Below the pieces are notes generated by a model, which worked only from the letters and a program-made list of their open reading frames with translations, was not told the origin of the DNA and searched no databases. A program made the position numbers and the translations under genes. Positions 37,101 to 49,258 of a stretch of DNA of 64,000 nt are shown here, piece by piece. Origin of the DNA: Raillietiella orientalis (Eukaryota); NCBI GenBank assembly GCA_036172245.1, contig JAYWIR010000009.1, positions 3,720,001 to 3,784,000 on the forward strand, in the 5' to 3' direction. How positions within the stretch are numbered: position 1 is the first letter of the stretch; each line of letters begins with the position of its first letter.

Positions 37101-37899
37101 CTGAGTGTTCCCCGAGAAGCCTATCTGGAGCGCTCATTTGAGTCAAAGCATCTTTCTGATGAAAGCAAAACTCCCTTCCCTTGAAGGCGCCCTCGCGTTT
37201 TGATTGCTCGAGGTTGTCATGGATTCACCCGCTTTGCTATGAAAATGGCAGGGACGTCTTAATGGGAAATCACCGCTCCCGTGAAGCCCGTGGCATTAAA
37301 AAAAGAAAAAAAATCGCTGCGTGCTGTCCGTCTGCGTCAACATCCAAAACGAGCCCCGTCATGAATGCTTCATAAAGCTGAAATTTTCCTGTTGCCATGA
37401 CTGCGGGAAAATGGAGGAACCGGACCGGAAACCACTCGCGGTCGAAAGTGGAAATCCCAGGGAAATTCAACAACCGATTCTGGTCGCATGACAACAGCGA
37501 CAGAAGGAGAAGAAAAGCCGCGACCTTCGCGCCGCCTGTATCCAGGTTGCAGCACGCATGTTGGACACGACTCCTGGAGAAGCCGTGCCGGCCTCCGTCG
37601 AGTCCCCACGCGCGAACGCGGCGCTTCTGTGAACCTCACCAGCGTGCGCGCACCTATCCGGGCTAAATGAGGACAGCTCATCCGCTGGACGCCTCCAGCG
37701 GGAAGAAGGCTTCTGCGGGAGGCGTCGCCGACCACGCCAGGGGCGGTTCTCCCGTATTTCTTGCTGAAAGTCCGTCTCTCACCCCCCGCGGTGTCCTTAG
37801 GCTGCAGTCGCAGAAAACGGCGGTCGCTCGTCCAGGGAGGTGGAAGGAGCGCCGCGGTCGGTTCTCCTCCACCTTTTCGAAGACCTCAGGGATCGCAAC

Positions 37900-38300
37900 C
37901 ATCTGGCGGTTGCTGCTGCAGGAGTAAGGGACGTCAAAGTCGGGCATCGCTGGGGTCGGAGAGCAGCTAGGTGATGAGCGAGCTAGACGAAGGCAGGAGA
38001 GGAGGAGGAAGGAAGGAGAAGAAGGAGGAGGAGGAGGGAGAGAGGAAGAAAGACATTGGGTGATGGTTGCGAGGAAGAGATCGGGGACACGCGAAGACAC
38101 GGCTTGTGGTTGCAGCGTCCAGGAAGACACCGAGAATCGGCAGCGAAGGAGCTCATCCAGTCGGACATGGGTCTTCCCGTGTCTGTGGACACCGCGGATC
38201 GACCGCGGTCGCAGGGAAACGCTGGAGGGAGAAAGCGGGGTCATGACATCACACAATTTGATGGGGTAGCGATCCGCAGCGGCTGGCAGGAAACCAACGG
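37900..38300 (-). mobile_element. Second copy of the RT-like segment at 41560-42000 (dispersed repeat, same family)
   Basis: Shared blocks such as gaaagacaYtgggtgatggttgcgaggaagagRtcggggacacgcgaagac and gcagcgtccaggaagacaccgagaatcggcagcga occur in both places in the same orientation; a shorter third piece is at about 38775-38855. Confidence 0.8.
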
Positions 38301-39869
38301 AGCCAGGCGGACATGGACCCCAAGAGCGATGCCGAACACTCGTCTACCCTTGCACCTCGTCTGCTGCCCTCTGAGACCTCCCTGGGCAGCAGTTCCTGTC
38401 GGTGACGCGCGCACGAAAACACGTCTGCATCTTCAGAGTGTGGTTCTCCGACGCTTCTCCGTTTCTCGTGTGGTGGCGCGTCCTCCCTCTTCCCGGCTGC
38501 AGTTCCTGATATTCCCGGAAATGGGGATCTTGAACGTCCTCAAAAAGCCTCCCTCCTGGACAAACTCGCGTCCCAGTGACTCGACCACTCCTCCGGGGTC
38601 CACTTTGCTTCCTCTCGCCCCTCGACCTTCCCGGAGGTTGCTCTCTCCGTGCAGATGCTAGGACGTCTCCTCTTGTACTCCGGCGGGAAGATTAGCAGGG
38701 GAGGATGCTGTGGATGACTGAAGAGAGGGGTGGGCTGATGCCGTCAGGGGAGCTCGAGGTGTCCGAGCTCGAGGAGCCTCGGAGGGCAGCTGGGTGACGG
38801 GAAACGGCGAGCAGGGCAAGCTGCAGGAGTAGTAGGAGGAGGAACGGAGGAGGAGGACTCGGGCCGCCCGTGGTTCATCGTGGAGCAGGCCCGCTTCCCG
38901 GTTCTCGTCAGGGCCTCGCCTTCCGACCCCTACCGACCCGTGGGCGTCGCTAAGGGCGAAGGCGCTAGGTCGCCGCTCTCGCTGGCTCGGGAAGGTCCGG
39001 TCCGCGCGGACGTGGAGGTCGCGTCCCTTTCCGGGGGCGTACGTCGAAATGGGTTTCGTAGACCTCCCTCAAACGGGAGAGGACAGCCGCCGCCGGGCTC
39101 CCCATCCGTCTTCGGAGGATGCTGCGCGGACGCGTTCGAAGGTCGCTCGCAGCATCCTTCGGCTCCGGGCGCCGACTCCTTCCCGGCGGGCGAGCCCAGC
39201 GCCTCGGCAGAAGCGAGGCGCAGGTTCCGCGGGCATGGCACCAGGACCTCTGCCCCCGCAGTCCACTGCTGCGAGTGCGGTTACTGGGACACCAGTGTTT
39301 GGCCCGGGTGCTCCAGCAACCGCTCCTTTCACCGGTCGCGGGGAGCGGCGCTCTCGTCTTCGGGGGGGGGGGGGGGATGCGATCGCTCGCGCCGGTAGCC
39401 GAAGATGGGATGGTCGCCGCGCTCGCTCCACCCCCACGAGTGGAGTTGAAGAGACGGGGACGCCGCCGTGGCGTTTCTGCGAACGCCTCGATGAATCTCG
39501 TTTCCTGGAGAAGGTGACCGGTGGGAGCCCCTGGCAGGGCAGACGGGACCGGGTGAACTCTGCCGGAGACTCCCAGAGGCTCTTCGGGACTGTTAGGGGG
39601 TTATCGCTACAGGGAGTGGCGGCAGAAAACCTAAAGAAAAACAGAAACACATACGCGAAAAAAATGGCGCAACCCGATTAGGGGTGGTGGTGGTACTGAG
39701 GCTGGTTGCCAGGCTACAGCGAGGGTTCCTGGGAGCCTTTCGGTAGCTTGGCGCTCTCTTCCTCCCTCGTCTCTTGCCCGTTTTCTCGTCACTGCGGCTC
39801 CAGAGCTCGGGAAGCGGGGCACGTGTCGTCCCGAGAGCTTTCCCCGCACTCCGCTGGGTGGGGAGTGAA

Positions 39870-39908
39870 GGGGGACTTCGTGAACGGGGGACTTCGTGAA
39901 CGGGGGAC
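39870..39908 (+). repeat. 16-bp tandem duplication
   Basis: gggggacttcgtgaac twice plus a partial third unit. Confidence 0.9.
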
Positions 39909-40639
39909 CCTTGCCTCCGGTTCCAGAGCTGCCGCTCCTCTTCGTTCCCCGCCGCCAACTGTCCTGTTCCCAGTCCTGACTCCGTCACAGTGGAGGAGAC
40001 ATTTCCCCTGTCCCCCCCCCCTCCTTTCGTCCGTTCTGGGTCCTGTTCGCCGTGCTCGGGAAGATCTCTGCCTCCCTCAGTACCCTCTAACGGCGATCCT
40101 CCGAACCAACGAACTCGGGCGCAAAGCAGTCGGCGGCTCCGCTGTTTCGGAATCGCACGACACGCACGGAAAGAAAAGGGTGAGGACAGAAGGAGGAGGG
40201 AGGGAGGGGGGAAGGAGAGGAGGCGGATCTCTGGAGCGGGAGGACTTTTCTTCTCCGCGTCTCGACGGGGGAAAACAAAGAGGGGGGGAGGGGGGAGGAG
40301 GAGAGAGAGAAATCAATTTTTCCGCTCCCCGTCCGCGGTACCCTCTGCGGACGGACACTCCTGGGACCGGAAGGCTTCCCTGAGCGCGGGGTTCCCTCGA
40401 CGACGACGACGCGCGTACGTGAGTTCCGTTGCACTGGCGGCATCGATCGGGACCGGCACGCACGTCCGTGAGAGCACCAACTGGCGAGAGAGGGCGGGGC
40501 TCTTCCCCCTGCGAAGAGACCGCGGTAGCCGTTCGGGCCATCTCCATCCCCCATCCCGTTGTGGTTGAGAGAGGCTGGAATCGAAGGCATCGTCGTCTCT
40601 CGCAAGGAGAGTGAAGAGGAGCAGCTCACTGAGGCATGC

Positions 40640-43100
40640 TGGAAGGCAGATCGACCTCCTACCCCGAGGTGACGCAGCGTGCGACGCAGCGCTTGGGGCA
40701 GCGCACGCCTCTGGTACAGGGGGAGGCTGCCCACCTTCCTTCGGGAAGAGAGGATGGAGGAGGCGCTAGTTTTCCAGGCCAGCCTCTTCTCTGGGGGTCT
40801 CGTGTCCGGAGGCCCCGGAGGGTTCCAGAGAGGCCTGCAGACGAGCGTGGGTCCGGGAAGGGATCGCGGGATGTCTCGACCTCCTGCTTCTTGGCCCCCC
40901 TTGACGTGGGGCGCTCTTCTGAGGGTCTGTCTGAAGGTCCGACGGAGCCGCCGCCTCCCTCCTAGTTTCCTGGCGCTCCCATTTTGCCTCAGGGGCGGGA
41001 GAGTGGTGAGGTCTCTCCTCATCACTCTCACCCAAAGCCGAGGCACTTACCGCGGGTCCTCGCTAGCCTAAAGGCATTCGTCGGTCGCCTAGGAGACGAC
41101 GATTGGAGCACCCAACAGGAGGAAGAGGAAAGCAGGTACCTATCGGCAGCCACTTTCGTCCCCTCAGACTCCCAAGGCGATAGAAGGGTCTCGGGCGGCG
41201 GTACAAAGCAGAAAGTCACTAACCGCGTGAGGGAGACTCACGTGGGACGACTTGGTTGTCCCAGGTGGGAGGGTGGGCCCCTTCTTGGGAACTCTCAAAG
41301 GAGGTCCATCTGAAACCTACCGAGATGAGGCTACTCTTGAGGGAAGAGTACAAAGCTCTTGGCCTCCTGGTTAAAAGAGCACCAACGACAGTCTCCCTGG
41401 GGCGCTCAACAGGAGTAAGGGTCTGACCATTACAAGAGGGGCTTTACCCTTTTCCAGCCTCCCTCGAGGGTGCGAAAGACAACATGCAGGAGCAGCGGCA
41501 GCCGCCAACCAGAGTCCTTCTGGGACTTGTGGAAGCCTGCTGGCTGCGTCGGGAAAAGGACGTCGAAGACGAGACCTGAGGTCGGGCATCTCTGGGGTCG
41601 GAGGGCGGCTGGGTGACTTGCGGACAGGACGAACTGCAGGAGAGGGAGGAGGAAGGAAGGAGTAAAAGAGAAGAAGAAGGAGGAGGATAAAGAGGGAAGA
41701 GGAGGAAGGGAAGGAAGAGGAAGAGGGAGGGAGGAAGAAAGACACTGGGTGATGGTTGCGAGGAAGAGGTCGGGGACACGCGAAGACCAGGAGGCTTGCG
41801 GCTGCAGCGGCAGCGTCCAGGAAGACACCGAGAATCGGCAGCGAGGGGGTTGATGGTGCCAGCTGGACGTGGGTCTTCACCCCTTGTTCGTGGGATCGGC
41901 TGCGGCCGCAGGGCTACAGTAAACGGAAAAAGCGGGCCCAGGACTTGATACAATTGGATGGGGAGGTGATCTGCAGCGGCTGGCGGGAAACCGAAACGAC
42001 ACACGGAAGATCAGCGATTGCTGCATCTCCATAGTTTCGGTTGTCAGGTTGTCGTTGTTTCAGAGCATTGCGGTGTGGCAGCCCGAGAAGCGTTCGGAGA
42101 AGATTGGATGGATGCAGCCGGTTTGCGGACGTAGGACGATCGCTGGAAAAACTTCGTGTGGACCAGAGGGCAAGGAAACATCCAGCGAAAGCCTTGTGTC
42201 AAGGTGGGGATGTAGCAGCAGGAAGGACCCTGGAAACCGCGAGGGTTCGCTCTTTGTGGGAGGTGGGTGGAAAAAAGGAGTTGTGCAAGCGGCAAGAAAC
42301 ACCGAACACACACACATTGGGTGTTCCTTCGGGCTTGGACGGGAGGCCAGCGACAACAGTAAGGACAGCGTCTAAGAGAGAGTGGGCGTTGGTTTACGTT
42401 GCAGCTCGGTCGCTTGGTCCACAGGTGGCTTCAGAAGGGCGGCATCGAGGGACAGCACGAAGGCTCCTTCCTGCGGGAATCTGCAATCCCTTGAGGAGTA
42501 CCCGGATACCCTCGCCTCGTCTCTGCAGGGCCGTGCGAGCAAAGCATCACGGCGCATGGCTGGACGCGGAAAGCGAGCGTTTCTTCGGTCCTGGGCCGCG
42601 ATCGCCGACAGCGAATTACGAGGAGCGCTGCACATAGCGAGCATCCCGCGTTTCCCACCTCCTCGCGCGAGCGTGAACGGGAGGGGCACCGTTCGGGACC
42701 TACAGTGGCCGCCGCACCTATGACGCAAGAGTTCGCGCACCCGGCTTTCGACCCAAGGGCGTCAGAAGTCCCCCAATAAGGGTGAAGGTCACCACATGCC
42801 AGGACGGAGCCTATGTCCTGATGAGCCTACGGAGCCTGCGCCGTGCCTACGGAACTCTGATGAAGAGGCACGAGCCCTATTGTAACTACCCTTTTCAAGC
42901 AGGGGCCCGACCGGACCGCTGACTGCGTACCCGCCACCATCTTGAAAAGGGAAGGGAGCCCGCGGTTCTGCGGAAAAGACTTCCTCAAGAGTTTCCCAGC
43001 AAATTCCCTTCGAACCATCGAGCGATCTTCTCATGAAGTTCGGGAAGAAATCACAAGGGAGTCGCTGTGGACGCCTCCAAAGGTATTTGCGAAATACTTG
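40640..43100 (-). mobile_element. Decayed non-LTR retrotransposon (APE, RT, thumb remnants)
   Basis: ICWETL, DGGGYAV, LLGDF-stop (APE, 43010-42760); RQPLQITSPSNCIKSWAR (YRPISLTS-like, about 41980); GKCLG (about 41045); TLVCRPL...AWKTSASSIL...YQRRALPQALR (thumb, 40850-40680). Confidence 0.55.
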
Positions 43101-43989
43101 GGCGCTTCGTATTTACGGAGAAAGAAGAAAGGAGACACCATAGTACACACCATGCCGTACACGTGTGGAACACGCCAAGGCGATATAACACAGGCTGTGA
43201 AGGAAGGAGGAGGAGGAGAGAGGAAAGAAGGAAGAAGAGGGAAGAGGAGCAAGAGGTGGGGGGAAGGAAGAGAAGGAAAGGAGGAAGGAGGAGCAAAACA
43301 CATGCATATATCGTGCCGTGTCATATGAGACTGCGCTGTACAGCAGCACGCGAGCACCGCGCCAAATATGTGGGGACGCTGCGTGGCACATATATGTACA
43401 CCATCATACGAACACATACACGCAATACGCACTGAGTGGTATGCCGCGGACACAAGCACTGCACACCCATGCAGCGGATTTTACGTGCGGCCATCGCACA
43501 TAGCATAGGTGAGCATGGGTGGACTGCTTACTATACAAGCGCGGATAGGTGCATGCAGATGTCACAATAGGTGGACACTGTGTCACGCCACGTGCGGACA
43601 CCGCACCACGAATGGGAATGCCGCACACGTGAACGACGTCCTTCGTAAGTTCGTCTCATAACACGTGGTAGCACGCGTGCGCACTCTGCACAGTACACCC
43701 TGCGTGTTCCGGGACGAGGGAGAGCAGCCGTGATACTTCGAGGGCTGCGTGCGCCATGCGCTGGCCGGGCCTCCCCGGACTGGTAGTTGCCGGCGTGTGC
43801 GGTGGCAGTGGACCCTGCGGCGGTGGTCGGTCTCCAGGGGCGGCCCCTGGAGACCGACCGCACCGAAGCGCGGAACCGGTGGGAGAGAGCGCGCTTCGCC
43901 CACGAGCGTCGCTGCGTCGCCGAGAGCGTGCGGCAGAGGCACCGGTAGCTGCAGCTTTACCCGTCCGCGACGCAATCTGGCTCTTGTCC

Positions 43990-45300
43990 GACCTCTGGAC
44001 GAGGGCTAGATGGGGAGCGTCGTCGTACCCTTTCTCGGGATCGACTGATTCCGAGAAAGCAGCCTCCTCCTCTCAGTGGAGGAGAGTGAAGGAAGCGGAT
44101 GCGCGCCTCGCAAAGGGATCACCGGTCGACGTCGTCCTCTCAACCGAACCGCTTCTCGGTCTCCCCTCGAAGGCCAGAGGGAAGGGGAGGGAGGGAGGGG
44201 GCAGCCCGAAAAAGACCGAGGCGTTCCTGCCACGAAAAGATGCCACCCAGCGGGGGCAATGGAATTGCACGATGGAGCTTCCCCCGCCTTGCCACAGGCC
44301 GAAGTCTATGCCCTTTCTACCTGCCTTCCAGAGGGAAGCGGAGCCCGCATGACCTCCCAACTCCGCAGCAGAGCGACCCTCTCCATGGAAGGAATTTCCC
44401 TGGTCAGCGTGAAGGAAGAGGGGGTGGAGGAGGCGAGCAAGCCACGCTGCTCGCTCAGTCGTGGCCTCCCTCGCCAATGAGGGAGCGCGTAGACCGGGAC
44501 CGCGAAGCCCTCAGGCCATCTATCCCCTTCCCCTGCCAAGACATCTCGTGCCGACCCTATCAACTCCCTCTCTCCTCGTAGGGGCCTCCAGCTGATCCGA
44601 ACGCGTCCACCAAGACCCCTATAGGGTCCACTGTTACCCTGTCCTGGGTCGGGCGGGGTCACCCTGCTCTTCTTGTTGTCAGGGAGAGCCGTCTCCGCCT
44701 TCCCAGAGACCTAGGAGGTTCCGAGGAGCGAAGGATCTGCGTGCTGTGAGGCGAAGGGTGGAGGAGAGCTGGGACGACTGCCTCGGAGGGAAGGTCCAAG
44801 TCCGGGTTCCCATAGGACACCTACCATTTAAGGACAACAAACCGACCTCCCAGAAGAGAAGGATCCTGGAGGGCAAAAAAAAGGGACAAGTGTGTGGAGG
44901 AAGAGGGTCTGGGGGCGTGACGCTCCCCTCGGTCCTGGAAGGACGAAGAGGAGGAGGAACAGGAGCAGTCCTGCCTGCGCCTTGGGAACGCATGTCTCCT
45001 GAGCAACGGCTCCTGGAAAAGGTCCTTCACTCCCCCATCCGGGGAGAGAGTCGGAGCGTTCCTAAAGGGCCTCCGCCATCTTGCGGGAGAGGGTTCCCTC
45101 TTCTCCTCCAGAGCAGCATCGGCACGATGCCCTTCCCTTGGATACGCGTTGCCCCACTACGGCTGGAAGAGCAGATTGTCCTCTTTTCCTCTTCCCCTGT
45201 CGCCTTCTTCACCGAGCCTGGTGGGGAGGGAAGAAGCGCAGCCTCCGAGAGGAGCACATGGAGGAAGATTGCCTCAGGGATCTCCGCGCACCGGTGAGGC
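43990..45300 (-). mobile_element. Decayed, internally deleted non-LTR retrotransposon (APE + RT)
   Basis: HVLLSEA, QGKGIVPMLL, SGDMRS, RILLFWEVGLLSLNGRCPMGTRTWTF..SSQL (APE); then KGIDFGLWQGG, PRWVASFRGRNASV, LPFPLAFEGRPRSGSV and GYDDA (RT core, YADD-like at about 44020). Confidence 0.6.
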
Positions 45301-46049
45301 GAAAAGACGGGGAAGAGCCACGAGCGGTTGTTCTTCGAAGCCTCCTGAGGAGAAGCCTCGGTTCGTCCCGTCCTGGAGCGCCTTGCCCTCGGGTGCATCG
45401 CGAAGGGGGGAGGGGAGGGAGGGGAGATCCGGAGCTTCTCCACGGAAAGAGGACTCCTCCGATATACAGCAGAGTGTATATCGGAGGAGTGGGATGGGAT
45501 GTATGTTATGGAAGGATGGTATCGGATGGGGAGGTGCTCCTGACCAGAGGCCATAGGGAGGAGAGGAGGAGCGGAGGAAATCGCAGCTGTCCCCTCGATA
45601 CGCGGCCGGTGGGGGGCAGCACCCACCTTCGAGAGGGAGAGAGAGAGTATCGGGGTGGGACGGGGAACAAGAGGGGGTACAAGGTGCACGGAAACGCCAG
45701 GGAGGGTGTCCTCGGAAAACGCGCCCAGTTTGCAGAGACGTCCCTAGATAGTGCTGTTTCCAACCGGTGGGAGGCTACGAGCGGTGGTGGCGGCGCCTGC
45801 TGCTGCAACGAATGGACCAGAAAGGAGAGAGGGGCTCATCGAGGCGGGGCGGTAGGGAGGAGGGAGCTTAATGGGCTGCGGTCCAAGAGGTACGCAACTG
45901 CTGAACGATCAAAAAGGGGGTGGAGGAGCGGAGAGGGACTCTGAATGGAAGAGGGTTCTGACGATCACCCTCGAAAAGAGAGTGGGGAGGAGGAGGAAGG
46001 GGTGAAAGAGGGGGGAGGCGCCTGCCGAGCGGTGGAGCTCTCTTGATCC

Positions 46050-47150
46050 TGAATCCAGTGCTGCCTTCCCCTCCGGTTGTGACGGTGGCAGGTCGCCGCG
46101 AGTTCCAGGGACGGTGTCGGAGGTGCAAACTGGCCCCGGGGCGGATCCGGGGGTCATTAGAGAAAGCTGAGAACGTTACAGCCCCACGGAGAAACAGCTG
46201 CAAAGCTGCGAGGCAAGTTCGACCTCCCGGTTGGACGGAACCGACCGGCGGGTGGGACCTTCGGGAGGTCGGAAGTTCCCGTATCAATTCGATGCGCGAC
46301 TTTCGCATGTGGGAGGGGGGAAACGAGCCGAGTTGTCTCAGGGACGCCACACCTGCCCTCACACGCGGGGTGCTGTCCCACGGGCAAGGCATGCCAGCAG
46401 CTGGATGGTCGCCCTGCTGCGCGCGCTCCCCTGTGGAAGCCAATACTGGGCGTCTGGAAGGGTCCTTCCACCTCCCTTCCGGGTTTAACCTCTGCTGACC
46501 TGCCTGGGTGCATGCGCTCACGACCTCTGATAGTAGCGAAAAAGGGGAGGGGGGCGCTGCCTTGCCTACAAGCCAGGAAGCGTGAGGTCTTTTTAACCGA
46601 CAAAGGTCATCCGAAACCACCAGGAGGCAGGATGCGGTTGGTTGCCCCGAGGCCAGAACTGCCTATCATTGCGTGCGGACCGAGGCGGTTTTCAAGGAAG
46701 GGGCATGCGTGACCGCCGCCTGACCTCTAGCAAATACCCGGTAAGGAGTCTTTGGGCAGCGAGCGCAAGCACGGAGGTTTCCCCTAGCCTCCGTTTCAGC
46801 CCTGCGGAGATGTGACCGGGCGAGGATTCGCTGAAGAGTAGGGCAGGGATCGTCGTCGTCAAAGGGCATCAGTCTGCGAACCATGCTGTCCCTGCGGGGG
46901 GCCGAATCCCCTTCACAGAACGGAAGAACGCAGGACAGAGGGGGAGTAAATTCCGGCTGGGACGGGCGAGCCTCACCCTCCTTGCTCGCCCCGCAGGGAC
47001 CATTGACCCCTGGTACATGCGGGAGGAAGGATGAGCTATTGGAGTCAACCAAAGCTCCCGGCGATCCTCTTCCTTCGTCGGACGTCCCTCCCAGGAAAGG
47101 GTGGGTAAGGAGGGACCCTGCGCAAGGCGACTGACGAGCGTGGGCATGCG
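46050..47150 (-). mobile_element. Possible decayed non-LTR RT fragment
   Basis: PSQPEFTPPL, MPFDDDD..LQRIL, PKTPYRVF and HMRKSRIELIREL occur in the expected RT order; similarity is weak. Confidence 0.35.
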
Positions 47151-48869
47151 CGCCGACTGCTGAGGGAAGACAAGGAATGGAAGGGGGTGGGATGCGAGTT
47201 CGTTTGGGGATGCAGAAAAGGGATGGATGGATTCTCCTCCGGACTCTGGTGAGGTCATCGGGCAGAGAGCATGGGGGCTTTCTATGAGAGGAAGTGTTGG
47301 TGGGAAAGAAAGAAGGTGAGGAGGAAGGGAGAAGGAGAAAGGAAGGGAGGAAGGGGAGGAGGAGGAGGGCATTGGCAACTTCTGGAAGAGGAAGGCCGAG
47401 AAAGGGTTGAACGGGAGGAAGGCCGGATGTGCGGATGCAGGGTCCAGCATCTTTCTGCATGCTCGCTTCTCCCCCTCACCTCACCTTCCTTCTCTTCCGA
47501 AAGGAGGGAACTCGTTCCGCCACCGACAGCGGTAGATGCAGAGACCGACCTCAACCCTTTCGCCCTTTTCGGGCGGCAAGTTGTCCATCCCTCGGAGTGG
47601 CGCGTGCGCTCCCGAAGGCGAGCTCCGGAAAGACGCTTCGGGAAGAGCGCGCCTCCCTCTCTCCCTCCCTCCTTCCTCCGCGATTATCGATCCCCGGCGG
47701 CGCTCCCGCCCCTCGTCAGCGGGAAGCTGCGAGCAACCCCGATGACTTTCTCCCTGACGAGCTAAAAATAGCACGTCTCCCCCCGTGCCTCCCCGATCGG
47801 ACGCCGCGCCTCTTCCGCGCTTCCGAAAGCACCGTCCGGGAAACCGAGCGCGGACTAAAAATAGAGCGGCGGATCGTCGCTCCCGGAAGGGGGTTGGAAG
47901 GGGAAAGGAAGCAAAGGAAGGAGGAGGTTCCACGCCCTTCGAGAGCGCCGATCTTATGAGTCCCTGGTGGGGGATTTCAGGGGGCCGTAATCCTTGAGAT
48001 TCCGCCGCCCCAACTCACAAGGGGAAAGGAAAAATGTGGGAAATGGGGCTGAGGCCAAAGAGGGAGCTTTTGTGGGGAATCAGCGACGAAGGGAGAAGGA
48101 AGATCCTCGGTCCGAAAGCTCGCCGACCCAGTGTCCTGAGGAAAGTTGACTCCCTCGGGGGTAAGTCCTTCCAGAGAGCCACCGGGGTCTAAGGTGGAGT
48201 CGTGGTCGAAAGGGAAGCAAATCCATGGGTCCGACTAGAGTGCTACTGGGTCAAGGCTCCACTTCCTTCCGGGGACGACGAAGGGCTGTGGAGCATCATC
48301 AATATGCAAGCGAGCTGCCAGAGGCACTCATGACTGTCCGTTTGCCCCGTCCACACTCCTGCCACAGGGAAGGCCCCAGAGAGAGGGAGGAACGATGATG
48401 GCCGCAGGAGAGGCCGGAGGCAAGGGGGGAGCGGAGTCCTTGTCCTTGGCAGGAGCTCAGAAGAAGCTAACTGCCTTCCTCCGCTGCTCGTCCCAGGGGA
48501 GAGATGGTCAGGAGGGACACGAGGATTCACCCTGCGAGGAAGTCGGAGCAACAGCCCCCGTGGACTGAAGAGAAGGCACCAATCCTGCGACTCTCAATAG
48601 GCCAGAGGGGAAGAGAGGAAAAATATGGGAAATGGAAAACATTCGAGAACTCCCGGCTCGCCGACGGCATTGGCCCACAGCAGGGGACTCAGCGCATTCA
48701 TGGGTGAAACGACCATCGACTGCCGCAAGGAAGGCTCGTCTCCCTGCGGCAGCAGGTTGTGGCTCTTCATGCACTCCGCGCCACCGCTGCCGCCTAGGGC
48801 CCCACGGCAGGAAGGGCTACGCGTCGTCCTCCTCGTCGTCGTCACCTTTCGAGGCTGAAGCGATCAGGC

Positions 48870-49220
48870 TGCTGGAGCGGCTATTGCCGAGGCGGCGGCG
48901 CAACCTGACGCCTCCGTTCTGTTCCAGCCCATCTGCACATGGAAGGGGACGCTGAACTTCAAGAAGAGCAATATGTCACCATGCAAGGTGTTCCTGGGAG
49001 GGTTGCCCTGGGAGATCTCCGAGCAGGCCCCCGTAGCGGTCTTCTGCCCATTCGGACTCTGCGCGTCGAGTGGTCCTCCTGCAGCTGTGCGGTTATGTCT
49101 ACTCTGTGTTCCAGTCTGAGCAGAAGGTGCTCCCTCCCATCAGGGAAGAACAGGCGGCGCGTCCGAAGGTACGGCAGGCAGTGGCGAACAGAACGTAAGG
49201 CCATTCCGAGGACGGCCGAC
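48870..49220 (+). pseudogene. CPEB1/orb-like RRM1 pseudogene fragment with frameshifts
   Basis: Successive frames give PICTWKGTL...SPCKVFLGGLPWEISEQ...FCPFG, then TLRVEWS, then GYVYSVFQSEQKV, then RRRVRR...IPRTAD, collinear with CPEB1 TCTWSG...SCKVFLGGVPWDITE...FGSLSVEWP...KGYVYLVFE...RRMR...VIPW.LAD. Confidence 0.8.
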
Positions 49221-49258
49221 CTAGCAGTAAGCGTAGTGGCTCACTGCTAGGTCGGCCG
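49213..49258. other. Perfect inverted repeat, 16-bp stem, 14-nt spacer
   Basis: cggccgacctagcagt aagcgtagtggctc actgctaggtcggccg. Confidence 0.9.
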
